This document shows, one piece after another, positions 23,115 to 33,157 of a stretch of 64,000 bases of DNA. A program made the translations under genes and the position numbers. The notes below the pieces were generated by a model that saw only the letters and a program-made list of their open reading frames with translations, did not search any database and was not told where the DNA came from. The stretch lies in the sequence record DRR723986_1321. One strand, given 5' to 3'. Positions within the stretch are counted from its first letter, which is position 1; each line of letters opens with the position of its first letter.

Positions 23115-25296
23115 TGCGCGCCAGCAACTGCCTGGCTTCGTCCTGCTGCTCCGCGGAACCGTCGGCGATAACCTCGTCGAGAATCTGGCGAGCACCGTCT
23201 TCGTCACCCATATCCAGATAGGCACGGGCAAGGTCGAGCTTGGTGGACATCTGGTTGCCCTCGGCGGCAAACACCATATCCTCCTCCGCAGACGGCTCAC
23301 CGAAGTCCTCGCTCAGATCGAGTTCGTCCGCCAGCTCACCGGTGTCATCGGCCCCTTCGATCTCCAGACCACTAAAGCTGGCCTCAAGCTCTTCGGCGTC
23401 GTCAGCGACCGGCTGGCCGGCCCCCGCCGGCGCACCGACTGTGGGTATACGCGCGGGCGCTGGTTCGGGCTCCCGATGCTCAGCCGGGGCGGGCGCAGAG
23501 GCCGCACCGCTCATGATGGCCTCGGCACGCGCTACCGCATCTTTATCGCCACGGGAACGCAGCTCCGATAACTGGCCAACCGCCGCCTCGCGCTCGCCCT
23601 GCTCGACATACAGTTCGATCAGTTTCAGTCGATAGGCGGCATTCTCCGGCTCGCCGGCGATCGCGGTTTTCAGCAGGTCTTCTGCCTGCGAGTGACGGCC
23701 ATAAGCGATATAGATGTCGGCTTCAGCCAGCGCATCGCCGGTATCGACATCGGAGGCATACTCGTCGTGGCGCTTCTCACCATAACCTCGTCCCGAGGAC
23801 AGACCTACTCCCTGATCGGGAGTCGGAGCGGGGGGTGCGGGCGTCGGCTCTGGCGCACTCTCAACCTCGACCGCCTGCTCGCGTAGCTTGACCCCTTCAA
23901 AAGCGGTATCGCGGGCTACCGGACGGGCCTGCGTTGGCGTGGGCTGGGCAGCTTCCTCGCTGGCACTGCGGCGGCGCCAGACGAACAGCCCGGCCAACAG
24001 GGCTAGCACCAGGCCACCAATAATAGTTAACCAGCTCCAGGAGCCGGAATCTGGCGCCGCTGCCGGCGGCGAAACCGCTTGCACAGGCTGCGGCGGCACG
24101 GCCGGTTGAGCGACCGGCGCAGTCTCGGAGGGCATAGCCGCCTGCTCCTGCCCGCCGTCTACTGCCGCGGCCTCGGCTTCTTCCAATGCTGCCTGCAGCG
24201 CCGCGATCTGCTCATCCTTCAGGTCAACAATACGCTCGAGAGTCTCCACCCGGTCGGACATCTCCGCCAGCTGGCCTTCGGCGTCGGCCTTCTCGAGTTC
24301 GGCTTTTTCAAGATCTTCCAAGGCGGCGGCATTGACTGCGGCACCCTGGGCGGGACCGTCACCGCCGTCGACCGCAGCGCCCTCTGCAACGGGATCGGCG
24401 GAAATGCGCAGCGATGCGGCGGCCGTGCGGCCGGGCTCGGAGGCAAGTCCTGCACGCCAGTCATCGTTCTGCTGGCGCACTTCTTCCAGGGCAGCGGCCA
24501 GGTTGTCCGAGCTGATATCCTCAGCGCTGGGCAGGTAAATAATATAGCCCGCCTTGATCCGGTTAATGTTGCCATCGATAAAGGCTTCAGGGTTCAGGCG
24601 CTGAATATCGAGCATTGCCTGATGCACAGAGGTACCTTCAGGTTTGCCCGCCTGGGCAATCTCCCACAGGGTTTGATCGCGCTTGATCATGTAGCGATTG
24701 CCGGCAAGCGGCGCCGTCGACGCATCGGAACCGAAGTCCCGCTCGGGCATCTCACCCGGCGCGAGATTCGACTTTTTTACATCGACCCGGGTACCGCTAG
24801 TGGCGGCTGGTTCCGGCTTTTTTTTTGCCGGCATCGGCTCGCCTTCCACCTCGGCTACCCGCTCGGAGGCGGAGATCACCGGCGTGGTGGTGTCGAACAC
24901 CGGCGGATCCACCAGTACCGTGTATTCGCGCAGCAGGCGGCCAGAGGGCCAACGGGCCTCGACGATGAAGTCAAGATAAGGCTCCAGCACCGGGTCGTCA
25001 GAGGTCATCACAATAACCCCGCGCCCGCTGTCATCCACTTTGACCTCAAACTTTATCCCGGTCAGGAAGTAGGCGCGATCAACACCCATTCGCTCAAAGT
25101 CCTCGCCGGTCGCGAGGCGGATACGGATTTCATCGGAGTGCAGGCCGCCGGTATTGAGCAGGTCAACCTGCGCTTTCAGCGGCTCATTGAGAAAGGATTC
25201 AAGAGTAAGTTCGCCCAGGCCCAAGGCCCAGACTGATCCGACATTAAGGCAACCCAAAGAGAGGATCGCCGCTGCTAATCTATGCTTTTGAGCCAT
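23107..25296 (-). CDS. fimV: FimV/HubP polar landmark protein
   Basis: Signal peptide + LGLGEL...LNEPL, LysM-like region, coiled coil, TM helix, EADIYIAYGR, C-terminal TKLDLARAYLDMGD. Confidence 0.92.
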   Translation of the reverse strand: MAQKHRLAAAILSLGCLNVGSVWALGLGELTLESFLNEPLKAQVDLLNTGGLHSDEIRIRLATGEDFERMGVDRAYFLTGIKFEVKVDDSGRGVIVMTSDDPVLEPYLDFIVEARWPSGRLLREYTVLVDPPVFDTTTPVISASERVAEVEGEPMPAKKKPEPAATSGTRVDVKKSNLAPGEMPERDFGSDASTAPLAGNRYMIKRDQTLWEIAQAGKPEGTSVHQAMLDIQRLNPEAFIDGNINRIKAGYIIYLPSAEDISSDNLAAALEEVRQQNDDWRAGLASEPGRTAAASLRISADPVAEGAAVDGGDGPAQGAAVNAAALEDLEKAELEKADAEGQLAEMSDRVETLERIVDLKDEQIAALQAALEEAEAAAVDGGQEQAAMPSETAPVAQPAVPPQPVQAVSPPAAAPDSGSWSWLTIIGGLVLALLAGLFVWRRRSASEEAAQPTPTQARPVARDTAFEGVKLREQAVEVESAPEPTPAPPAPTPDQGVGLSSGRGYGEKRHDEYASDVDTGDALAEADIYIAYGRHSQAEDLLKTAIAGEPENAAYRLKLIELYVEQGEREAAVGQLSELRSRGDKDAVARAEAIMSGAASAPAPAEHREPEPAPARIPTVGAPAGAGQPVADDAEELEASFSGLEIEGADDTGELADELDLSEDFGEPSAEEDMVFAAEGNQMSTKLDLARAYLDMGDEDGARQILDEVIADGSAEQQDEARQLLARID

Positions 25297-25501
25297 ATCC
25301 CACGCCTTATTATTGTTCCTGATCAACCCTGGCCGACCTCCCCTGGGTTCGGCCGCTTTCCGGGCTGTCGCTGGCAGCGTGTCTGCACAAAAATCTTGCC
25401 CCAACAAACACTTGCACTACGCGCTCAAAGTAGTGCTGTAAGTGCATCCGTGCACTGGCGGCAACCCCGGCTTTCACTCAAGTATGTTTTATACCCTCCT
25501 A

Positions 25502-26527
25502 TTAATCAAGGTAAGACCTGACTAAGCTCTCGGAAATTTGCACACTATTCAGAGCGGCTCCTTTTCGCACATTATCGGCCACAATCCACAGGTTCAGGCC
25601 CCTCGGATGGGAGATATCCTCCCGGATCCGGCCCACGAAGACCGGGTCGGCGCCGGCCGCGTCACCCACGGCCGTAGGCCAACCCCCGTCGGCCCGCTCG
25701 TCAATGACGGTGACCCCGGGAGCCTGCTCGAGCAGCGCTCGGGCCTCGGCGGCGGTGATTTTGCCCGCCGTTTCAATGTGAACGGCCTCAGAGTGGCCAA
25801 AAAAGACCGGAATGCGCACGCAGGTCGGATTGACCTGGATCCGGGCGTCACCGAGGATCTTGCGGGTTTCCCACACCATCTTCATCTCTTCCCGGGTGTA
25901 GCCGTTGTCCTGGAAGGTATCGATTTGCGGCAGGGCGTTGAACGCGATCTGCTTGGGATAGACCTCGCAGTCGATGGACTGGCCATTGAGCAGGCGCGCC
26001 GTCTGCCCCGCCAATTCCTCGATCGCCTCCTTGCCGGTCCCCGAGACGGCCTGGTAGGTCGCCACATTGATCCGCTCGATACCGACCGCGTCGTGGATCG
26101 GCTTGAGCGCCACCAGCATCTGGATGGTCGAGCAATTGGGGTTGGCGATGATGTTGCGGCGGGTATAGCCGGCCAGGGCCTCCGGGTTTACCTCCGGGAT
26201 GACCAGGGGAATATCCTCTTCCTGGCGGAAATGGGACGTATTATCGACCACCACGCAGCCCGCCGCAGCCGCTTTCGGGGCGAACTCCGCGGAAATGCTA
26301 CCGCCAGCTGAAAACAGGCCAATCCGGGCCTGGCTGAAGTCGAACTCGGCCAGGTCTGTTACCCGCACCGAGCTGCCTCGGAACCTGATCGACTTGCCTG
26401 CGGAGCGGCTGCTTGCCAGCGGGAACAGGCGTCCTACCGGGAAGTTGCGCTCCTCCAGGATGCTGATCATCGCCTCACCGACAGCGCCTGTTGCGCCAAC
26501 CACTGCCACATCGTACTGCTTGCTCAT
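25502..26527 (-). CDS. asd: Aspartate-semialdehyde dehydrogenase
   Basis: VGATGAVG, NPNCSTIQM, GHSE, DNVRKGAALN. Confidence 0.93.
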   Translation of the reverse strand: MSKQYDVAVVGATGAVGEAMISILEERNFPVGRLFPLASSRSAGKSIRFRGSSVRVTDLAEFDFSQARIGLFSAGGSISAEFAPKAAAAGCVVVDNTSHFRQEEDIPLVIPEVNPEALAGYTRRNIIANPNCSTIQMLVALKPIHDAVGIERINVATYQAVSGTGKEAIEELAGQTARLLNGQSIDCEVYPKQIAFNALPQIDTFQDNGYTREEMKMVWETRKILGDARIQVNPTCVRIPVFFGHSEAVHIETAGKITAAEARALLEQAPGVTVIDERADGGWPTAVGDAAGADPVFVGRIREDISHPRGLNLWIVADNVRKGAALNSVQISESLVRSYLD

Positions 26528-26561
26528 ATCTTATCCCCCACCAGCGTGTGTCGCCGGCCTG

Positions 26562-27641
26562 TCAGGCGGCCAATGCCGCAACGACCGCATCACCCATGGT
26601 GGCGGTATCAACCAGGCGAGTGCCCGGCGAGTGAATATCCGGCGTGCGCAAGCCCTCATCGAGAACATGGCTTACCGCTTGCTCAATGCTGTCCGCCGCC
26701 TCCGGCGCACCCAGGGTATAGCGCAACATCATGGCGACGGAGAGAATGGTCGCCAGGGGATTGGCCTTGCCCTGCCCCGCGATATCCGGGGCCGAACCGT
26801 GGCAGGGCTCATACATGCCGCGCCCGTCGCGATCCAGGGATGCGGAGGGCAGCATACCAATCGAGCCGGTCAGCATCGCCGCCGCGTCCGAGAGGATATC
26901 GCCGAACATATTGCCGGTAACGATCACGTCAAACTGCTTCGGCGCACGCACCAGTTGCATGGCGGCATTGTCTACATACATGTGGCTGAGCTCGACGTCG
27001 GGATAGTCCTGCCCTACCCGTTCGACCACCTCGCGCCACAGCACCGTGGCCTCCAGAACATTGGACTTGTCCACCGAACACAGGCGGTGATCGCGCTTGC
27101 GAGCCAGGGAAAACGCCAGATGGGCAATTCGCTCGATCTCGGACTCGCGGTAGACATAGGTATTGAATCCCTCGCGTTCGCCATTTTCCAGGGTGCGGAT
27201 GCCCCGGGGTTCACCGAAGTAAATGCCGCCGGTCAGCTCCCGGACGATCAACATATCGAGCCCGGCAACCAGTTCCGGCTTCAGGCTCGAGGCATCCGCC
27301 AACTGCGGATAGAGAATTGCCGGCCGCAGGTTACCGAACAGCTGCAGTTCCGAGCGGATGGCCAGCAGCCCGCGCTCCGGACGCAGGGCGCGCTCCACCC
27401 CGTCCCACTTCGGCCCACCAACCGCGCCCAGCAGGATAGCATCCACCTCCCGCGCCAGGGCCAGGGTTTCCTCCGGCAGGGGTACACCGCAGGCATCCAG
27501 CGCCGCACCGCCAAGCAGACCATGCTCCAGCTCCAGGTCCAGCCCAAACCGGGCGTCCACCGCCGCGAGTACTTTCTCTGCCTCCGCCATTATTTCCGGA
27601 CCGATATAGTCCCCAGGCAACACCAGGATACGACGGCTCAT
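26562..27641 (-). CDS. leuB: 3-isopropylmalate dehydrogenase
   Basis: [41 protein letters not shown]. Confidence 0.96.
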   Translation of the reverse strand: MSRRILVLPGDYIGPEIMAEAEKVLAAVDARFGLDLELEHGLLGGAALDACGVPLPEETLALAREVDAILLGAVGGPKWDGVERALRPERGLLAIRSELQLFGNLRPAILYPQLADASSLKPELVAGLDMLIVRELTGGIYFGEPRGIRTLENGEREGFNTYVYRESEIERIAHLAFSLARKRDHRLCSVDKSNVLEATVLWREVVERVGQDYPDVELSHMYVDNAAMQLVRAPKQFDVIVTGNMFGDILSDAAAMLTGSIGMLPSASLDRDGRGMYEPCHGSAPDIAGQGKANPLATILSVAMMLRYTLGAPEAADSIEQAVSHVLDEGLRTPDIHSPGTRLVDTATMGDAVVAALAA

Positions 27642-28306
27642 GCGCTCACCTCCCCGGCAACGCCGATTACATCGAACAGCCAGGGCGAACGCTGGCGCAG
27701 CTGCTGTTCGTAGCTGCGGATCGCATCAGCGCTCTGCAGGGTAATGCCGATGTCATCCAGGCCGTTGAGCAGGCAGTTTTTGCGGAAGGCGTCCACTTCG
27801 AAGGAAATCGACTCCCCCGACGGGGTCCGGATGCACTGCGCTGGCAGGTCGATCTCCAGGCTGTAGCCTTCCTGCTCGTACATGGCCTGGAACAGGCGAT
27901 CCACGATCGACGCTTCCAGGGCGATCGGCAACAGGCCGTTCTTGAAACAGTTATTGAAAAAGATATCGGCGAAACTGGGCGCGATGATGCAGCGGAAACC
28001 GTAGTCCTCCAGCGCCCAGGGGGCATGCTCCCGGCTCGAGCCACAACCGAAGTTCTCCCGTGCCAGCAGCACAGAAGCACCGGCATAGCGTGGGAAATTC
28101 AGCGGAAACTCCTCGTTGCGCGGACGCCCGCTGCAATCCTGTCCCGGCTGCCCTTCATCGCGGTAACGCAGTTCGTCGAACAGGTTGGGGCCGAAGCCGC
28201 TGCGCTTGATCGACTTCAAAAACTGCTTGGGAATGATCAGGTCGGTATCGACATTGGCGCGATCCATGGGCGCGACGAGCCCGCTGTGTACGGTGAACGG
28301 TTTCAT
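27638..28306 (-). CDS. leuD: 3-isopropylmalate dehydratase small subunit
   Basis: [29 protein letters not shown]. Confidence 0.96.
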   Translation of the reverse strand: MKPFTVHSGLVAPMDRANVDTDLIIPKQFLKSIKRSGFGPNLFDELRYRDEGQPGQDCSGRPRNEEFPLNFPRYAGASVLLARENFGCGSSREHAPWALEDYGFRCIIAPSFADIFFNNCFKNGLLPIALEASIVDRLFQAMYEQEGYSLEIDLPAQCIRTPSGESISFEVDAFRKNCLLNGLDDIGITLQSADAIRSYEQQLRQRSPWLFDVIGVAGEVSA

Positions 28307-29736
28307 GCCTGCAACTCCTGTAATTCGCGAACATCGACAAAATGCCCGGTCACCGCCGCGGCCGCGGCCATGGCGGGGCTAACCAGGTGGGTGCGGCCAC
28401 CGAAGCCCTGGCGACCCTCGAAGTTCCGGTTGGACGTGGACGCACAGTGCTCACCCGGGCCCAGTTTGTCCGCATTCATCGCCAGGCACATGGAACAGCC
28501 GGGCTCACGCCACTCCATTCCCGCCTCGATAAAGATGCGATCGAGTCCCTCGGCCTCGGCCTGCGCCTTGACCTTGCCGCTACCGGGCACGACCAGCACC
28601 TGCTTCACCGTGGCCGCGACTTTGCGCCCGCGCACCACGTCTGCAGCCGCCCGCAGATCCTCGATGCGCGAGTTGGTACAGGAACCGATAAACACCCGGT
28701 CCGGGCGGATCGCGGTGATCGGGGTACCGGCTTCCAGGCCCATATACTCCAGCGCGCGGCGGGTCGCTTCGCGTCGACCCGGGTTGTCGAAATCATCCGG
28801 CGACGGCAGCACGCCGCTTACCGGCAGCACCATTTCCGGCGAGGTACCCCAGGTCACCTGGGGCTGGATATCTTCCGCGCGCAACTCCACGACCCTATCG
28901 AACGTCGCGTCGGCATCGCTGTGCAGGTCCTTCCAGGCGGCTTCCGCCAGATCCCACAACTCACCGGCCGGCGCGTAAGTCCGCCCGCGCACGTAATCCA
29001 GGGTGGTCTGGTCCACCGCGACCATGCCCATCCGGGCACCGGCCTCGATCGACATATTGCACAGGGTCATGCGACCTTCCATGCTCAGGGCACGCACGGC
29101 CTCACCACCGAACTCGATGGCATAACCGGTGCCGCCGGCGGTCCCGATAGTGCCGATAATGGCCAGCGCCACGTCCTTGGCGGTCACGCCCGCACCCAGG
29201 GTGCCATCGACGCGGACCAGCATATTCTTCATTTTCTTCTGGATCAGGCACTGGGTCGCCAGCACATGCTCCACTTCCGAGGTGCCGATCCCATGGGCCA
29301 GCGCGCCCAGGGCACCGTGGGTTGAGGTGTGCGAATCGCCGCAAACCACGGTCATGCCCGGCAGGGTTGCGCCCTGCTCCGGCCCGACCACATGCACGAT
29401 GCCCTGGCGAATATCATTGATCGGGATTTCAACGACGTCGAAGTCGGCGCAGTTATCGTCCAGGGTGCGAACCTGAAGGCGCGACACCGGGTCGGCGATG
29501 GCCTCCACCCCGCCCGCCCGTTCGGCAAGCTCGGTCGGCACATTATGGTCCGGCACCGCCAGGTTGGCGTCGCGCCGCCACAGATTGCGGCCGGCCAGGC
29601 GCAGACCTTCGAAAGCCTGGGGCGATGTCACCTCGTGGATCAGGTGACGGTCGATATAAATAAGTGCCGTCCCGTCGTCGCGCTGCTCTACCACGTGGTT
29701 CTGCCACAATTTGTCGTACAGGGTCTTGCCTGCCAT
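28303..29736 (-). CDS. leuC: 3-isopropylmalate dehydratase large subunit
   Basis: [45 protein letters not shown]. Start ATG 29736 after GGAGG. Confidence 0.96.
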   Translation of the reverse strand: MAGKTLYDKLWQNHVVEQRDDGTALIYIDRHLIHEVTSPQAFEGLRLAGRNLWRRDANLAVPDHNVPTELAERAGGVEAIADPVSRLQVRTLDDNCADFDVVEIPINDIRQGIVHVVGPEQGATLPGMTVVCGDSHTSTHGALGALAHGIGTSEVEHVLATQCLIQKKMKNMLVRVDGTLGAGVTAKDVALAIIGTIGTAGGTGYAIEFGGEAVRALSMEGRMTLCNMSIEAGARMGMVAVDQTTLDYVRGRTYAPAGELWDLAEAAWKDLHSDADATFDRVVELRAEDIQPQVTWGTSPEMVLPVSGVLPSPDDFDNPGRREATRRALEYMGLEAGTPITAIRPDRVFIGSCTNSRIEDLRAAADVVRGRKVAATVKQVLVVPGSGKVKAQAEAEGLDRIFIEAGMEWREPGCSMCLAMNADKLGPGEHCASTSNRNFEGRQGFGGRTHLVSPAMAAAAAVTGHFVDVRELQELQA

Positions 29737-29785
29737 GGGTTGCCTCCGGGCTGCCTGAGCCGGGTTGTCGCCAGTTGAGGCGGCA

Positions 29786-29814
29786 AGCTTATGCTTGACG
29801 AAGGAATTACTCAA
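29786..29814 (-). promoter_or_regulatory. Sigma70 promoter of leuC
   Basis: Minus strand reads TTGAGT-17 nt-TAAGCT. Confidence 0.65.
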
Positions 29815-29836
29815 ATTTATTATTTTTATTCAATGC

Positions 29837-29851
29837 ATTCCATATTGGAAT
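29837..29851. promoter_or_regulatory. LysR recognition site (T-N11-A dyad)
   Basis: ATTCC-ATATT-GGAAT perfect dyad, centred about 65 nt upstream of the inferred leuC TSS and abutting the lysR ATG. Confidence 0.7.
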
Positions 29852-29855
29852 AGTT

Positions 29856-30728
29856 ATGGACCTCCAGAACCTCAGGGCGTTCCTGCTGGTGGCGGAAGCG
29901 GGCTCGTTCTCCACCGCCGCCGAGAAGCTTCACCTTACCCAGCCGGCAGTCAGCAAGCGCGTTGCGCTGCTGGAGCAGCAGCTGGGCGTAGAACTGTTCG
30001 ACCGGATCGGCCGCCGCATCTCGCTGACCGAGGCGGGCCGGGCCCTGCTGCCGCATGCGCGGGAAGTGGAGAACCAGTTGTCCCTGGCTGAGCAGGCAGT
30101 GCACGACCTCGCCGGCGAGCCCAGTGGTGAACTGCGCCTCGCTACCAGCCACCACATCGGGCTGCACCGGTTACCGCCGGTACTGAGCGATTTCACCCAG
30201 CGCTATCCCGAGGTCAATATCGATATCGACTTTATGGATTCGGAACAGGCCCATGATCTGATCATGCAGGCCAAGATCGACCTGGCGCTGGTTACCCTGT
30301 CGCCCACCCAGGACACCAGCATGGTGACCCTGCCGGTATGGCGTGACCGCCTTGAATTCATGGCGGCACCCGACCACGCCCTGTGCGGACAGACCGACCT
30401 GGACCTGACGGTGCTGGCGGCCTCGCCCGCCGTTCTCCCGGGCCTGAACACCTACACCGGCCAGATCGTAAAGCGCCTGTTTGACCAGCACGGCCTGGAG
30501 CTGAACGTGTCGATGGCCACCAATTACCTGGAGACAATTCGCATGATGGCGTCCGTGGGATTGGGCTGGACGGTGCTGCCCAGCGGGATGCGGGATGGCA
30601 GCCTGCGGGTATTGCCGGTACCCGGCATCGTCATGGAGCGCAGCCTCGGTGTGGTGTACCACCGCGGGCGCAGCCTCTCCAGGGCCGCCAGGGCCTTCGT
30701 CGACAGCCTGCGAATGGCCGCAGACTGA
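29856..30728 (+). CDS. LysR-family regulator divergent from leuC
   Basis: GSFSTAAEKLHLTQPAVS HTH, LFDRIGRRISLTEAG, GLGWTVLP. Confidence 0.93.
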   Translation: MDLQNLRAFLLVAEAGSFSTAAEKLHLTQPAVSKRVALLEQQLGVELFDRIGRRISLTEAGRALLPHAREVENQLSLAEQAVHDLAGEPSGELRLATSHHIGLHRLPPVLSDFTQRYPEVNIDIDFMDSEQAHDLIMQAKIDLALVTLSPTQDTSMVTLPVWRDRLEFMAAPDHALCGQTDLDLTVLAASPAVLPGLNTYTGQIVKRLFDQHGLELNVSMATNYLETIRMMASVGLGWTVLPSGMRDGSLRVLPVPGIVMERSLGVVYHRGRSLSRAARAFVDSLRMAAD

Positions 30729-30734
30729 GCCGGG

Positions 30735-31220
30735 TTACTCCCCCGGCAGAGTACCCAGTACCCCGTCGGCTTCCCGTTTGGGGCCTTTCCAGACACCGTC
30801 GTGCTCGGGCAGGTAGAAGGTGCCATTGAAGCGCGCCACCAGGCCGTCAGGGCCGCTCACCACCCCACTGCAGAAACCGAAGCGGCGGCGCAGGGTCACC
30901 TGGTCGATGGTGGATTGGATCCATTGCCCGAGCCGACCAGCGGCAATGAAGTCCAGCGACAGATTGATCGTCGGGCTCCCGGCACGCTTGCCCGCGGCGG
31001 TATTCACTCCCGAGGCGGCAGTAATATCGGCCAGGCACATGATCACCGCACCGTGGCAGATCCCCATCATATTGCCGTGCTGGGGCTCCACCACCAGGCC
31101 AAACTCCGGCCACTGGTCGATGTGCCGGCGGTAAACCGGCTGTAAGGTGTCCGTGAAACCCAGCCCGGTGGGCAGTCGCTCAAAACCCGCCGGCACCGCC
31201 GCTGCTTGCTGCTCCGTCAT
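30735..31220 (-). CDS. PaaI-family thioesterase (hotdog fold)
   Basis: HGNMMGICHGAVIMCLAD, TINLSLDF. Confidence 0.8.
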   Translation of the reverse strand: MTEQQAAAVPAGFERLPTGLGFTDTLQPVYRRHIDQWPEFGLVVEPQHGNMMGICHGAVIMCLADITAASGVNTAAGKRAGSPTINLSLDFIAAGRLGQWIQSTIDQVTLRRRFGFCSGVVSGPDGLVARFNGTFYLPEHDGVWKGPKREADGVLGTLPGE

Positions 31221-31233
31221 GCCATTCCCTTGT

Positions 31234-31692
31234 TCAGAAGATACCCATTTCCAGGCCCGCCGCGAGGGCTTGCCCCAGTTCCGCCGCCTGCGCCAACTGC
31301 TCCGGACCCGGAACACCGCGCAGTATCAGCGGCTCCGCCGCCGGTGTAAACGGTATCCCCGACAGGATCCTCAGGGCCTGTGCCTGCGCCCCGCGACCGT
31401 CGTTACCGGCACTGAGCAACAGCGCAACCGGCAAAACCAGGCGGGCCGCTATCGCCGGGTAGAACACGCGATCGAGAAAGTCCTTCATGGCACCGCAGAG
31501 GCTTCCCGAATTTTCCGCGCAGACCAGCAACAGCCCATCCGCTACTAACAGCTCCCGCGAGCCGGCGTCCACCGCGCGCAATAGCTGCAGCTGAATCGCC
31601 GGCTCGGTGGCGGCGCCACGGTACGCCGCGCGCGCCAGTGCGGCACTGGCACCGCTCTGGCTGTGGTAGACGATCAACAGTGTCTTGCTCAT
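31234..31692 (-). CDS. Flavodoxin-like protein
   Basis: LIVYHSQSG, MKDFLDR, AGNDGRGA. Confidence 0.8.
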   Translation of the reverse strand: MSKTLLIVYHSQSGASAALARAAYRGAATEPAIQLQLLRAVDAGSRELLVADGLLLVCAENSGSLCGAMKDFLDRVFYPAIAARLVLPVALLLSAGNDGRGAQAQALRILSGIPFTPAAEPLILRGVPGPEQLAQAAELGQALAAGLEMGIF

Positions 31693-31813
31693 GCATTCCC
31701 CCTGCCTGAATTGGAACATAGACCACCGACCAAGTCAGCCGGGAGTGGCGCCGAGCGGCCGCGAGTGATTCAATGCCCGACCTTGAGACGAGCAGCGCAG
31801 GGAGACCGCAGGC

Positions 31814-32839
31814 ATGACACAACAGAACAGGCAATGGCTACTCCGGGAAAGACCCGCCGGGATGATTGGTCCGGAACACTTTGAACTGGTGTCCACACCG
31901 ATGCCGACACCCCAGCTGGACCAGGGGGAGGTACTGGTCAAGACCCTGATGCTTGGCTTTGATCCCGCCATGCGCGGCTGGGTCGAGGACGTGCCCAGCT
32001 ACCTGCCACCGGTACCACTGGGTGAGCCCATGCGCGCCAGCGGCGTCGGCCAGGTGGTCGCCTCGCGCAATCCCGAGATGCCCGAAGGCGCACTGGTCCA
32101 GGGCTTGCTCAACTGGCAGGAGTACAGTATCAGCAGTCCCGAGGCAGCCCTGCCCCTGCAGGTCCTGCCCGAGGGCACGCCCCCGGCTATGGCGCTCAGC
32201 GTCTTCGGCACCACCAGCCTGACCGCCTACTTCGGCCTGCTCGATGTCGGCCAGCCCAAGGCCGGCGACACGGTGCTGGTTTCCGGGGCAGCTGGCGCGA
32301 CCGGTTCCGCCGCGGCGCAGATCGCCCGCCTCCACGGCTGCCGGGTGATCGGCATTGCCGGCGGCCAGGAAAAATGCGCCTGGCTGAGAGAGGCCTGCAA
32401 AATCGCGGACGTGATCGACTATAAACAGGAAGACATCGACGCCCGGCTGAGCCAGCTCGCACCCGACGGGATCAACGTGTTCTTCGACAACGTTGGCGGC
32501 GCCACGCTGGAGACCGCGCTGGAGCACATGGCTGACCACGGCCGGATTGCCTTGTGCGGGGCCATTTCCGGCTACAACGATGAGCAGCCGGCACCCGGAC
32601 CGCATAACCTCATGCTGCTCACCACCCGGCGCCTGCGCATGGAGGGTTTTATCGTGATCGATTATCTCGACCGCGCGATGGAGGCCATTGAGGCGCTCAC
32701 CGGCTGGGTGATGGCGGGCGAGTTCGCCTGGCGGGAAGATGTGCAAACCGGCTTCGAGAACGTACCGGCCACCCTGCAGCGCCTGTTCGACGGCCGGAAC
32801 AAGGGCAAGCAGCTGCTGAAACTCGCCGATCCACAGTAG
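31814..32839 (+). CDS. NADP-dependent oxidoreductase (PTGR/CurA-like MDR)
   Basis: DPAMRGW, TAYFGLL, VSGAAGATG, FFDNVGG, CGAISGYN, NKGKQL. Confidence 0.88.
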   Translation: MTQQNRQWLLRERPAGMIGPEHFELVSTPMPTPQLDQGEVLVKTLMLGFDPAMRGWVEDVPSYLPPVPLGEPMRASGVGQVVASRNPEMPEGALVQGLLNWQEYSISSPEAALPLQVLPEGTPPAMALSVFGTTSLTAYFGLLDVGQPKAGDTVLVSGAAGATGSAAAQIARLHGCRVIGIAGGQEKCAWLREACKIADVIDYKQEDIDARLSQLAPDGINVFFDNVGGATLETALEHMADHGRIALCGAISGYNDEQPAPGPHNLMLLTTRRLRMEGFIVIDYLDRAMEAIEALTGWVMAGEFAWREDVQTGFENVPATLQRLFDGRNKGKQLLKLADPQ

Positions 32840-32877
32840 TTATCCACAGGCTGGCTTGTGGATAACTATGGGGATAG
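32827..32877. promoter_or_regulatory. DnaA-box cluster
   Basis: Perfect TTATCCACA (32840-48) and perfect TGTGGATAA (32857-65). Two 2-mismatch boxes flank them: CGATCCACA (32827-35) and TGGGGATAG (32869-77). Confidence 0.75.
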
Positions 32878-32950
32878 CTGCAGCCCAGGGGGCCCGCAGC
32901 GCCCGGCGACAGATGCAGCCCGCCCTCCGAGCCGAGCGGGTTTCCCTGGT

Positions 32951-32976
32951 TAATAAAACACTATATCAATGACTTA
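32951..32976 (+). promoter_or_regulatory. IHF binding site
   Basis: TATCAATGACTTA (32964-76) matches WATCAANNNNTTR and is preceded by the A/T tract TAATAAAAC. Confidence 0.7.
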
Positions 32977-33046
32977 GCGTTTTTTTATAGGCTCGTTCGA
33001 GACCCGGGGCCAGCAAACCCTGTAAAACAAGGCAGTTCGGCGGCAA

Positions 33047-33055
33047 TGTGGATAG
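33047..33055 (-). promoter_or_regulatory. Distal DnaA box (1 mismatch)
   Basis: TGTGGATAG versus consensus TGTGGATAA. Confidence 0.5.
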
Positions 33056-33157
33056 GACCTGCCAGTGCACCGTTTGTGCGCACTTACCGGAGACTGCAGG
33101 ATTTGTAATGGGTTGCAAACCGCAACCGGTGCTGCAGCGGCACGAACCGCCACTTGC

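Noticed and set aside
32827-33060. oriC interpretation of the DnaA-box cluster
   Set aside because: No dnaA, dnaN, rpmH, gidA or parAB nearby, and no clear repeated 13-mer unwinding element. GC skew is needed to exclude it formally.
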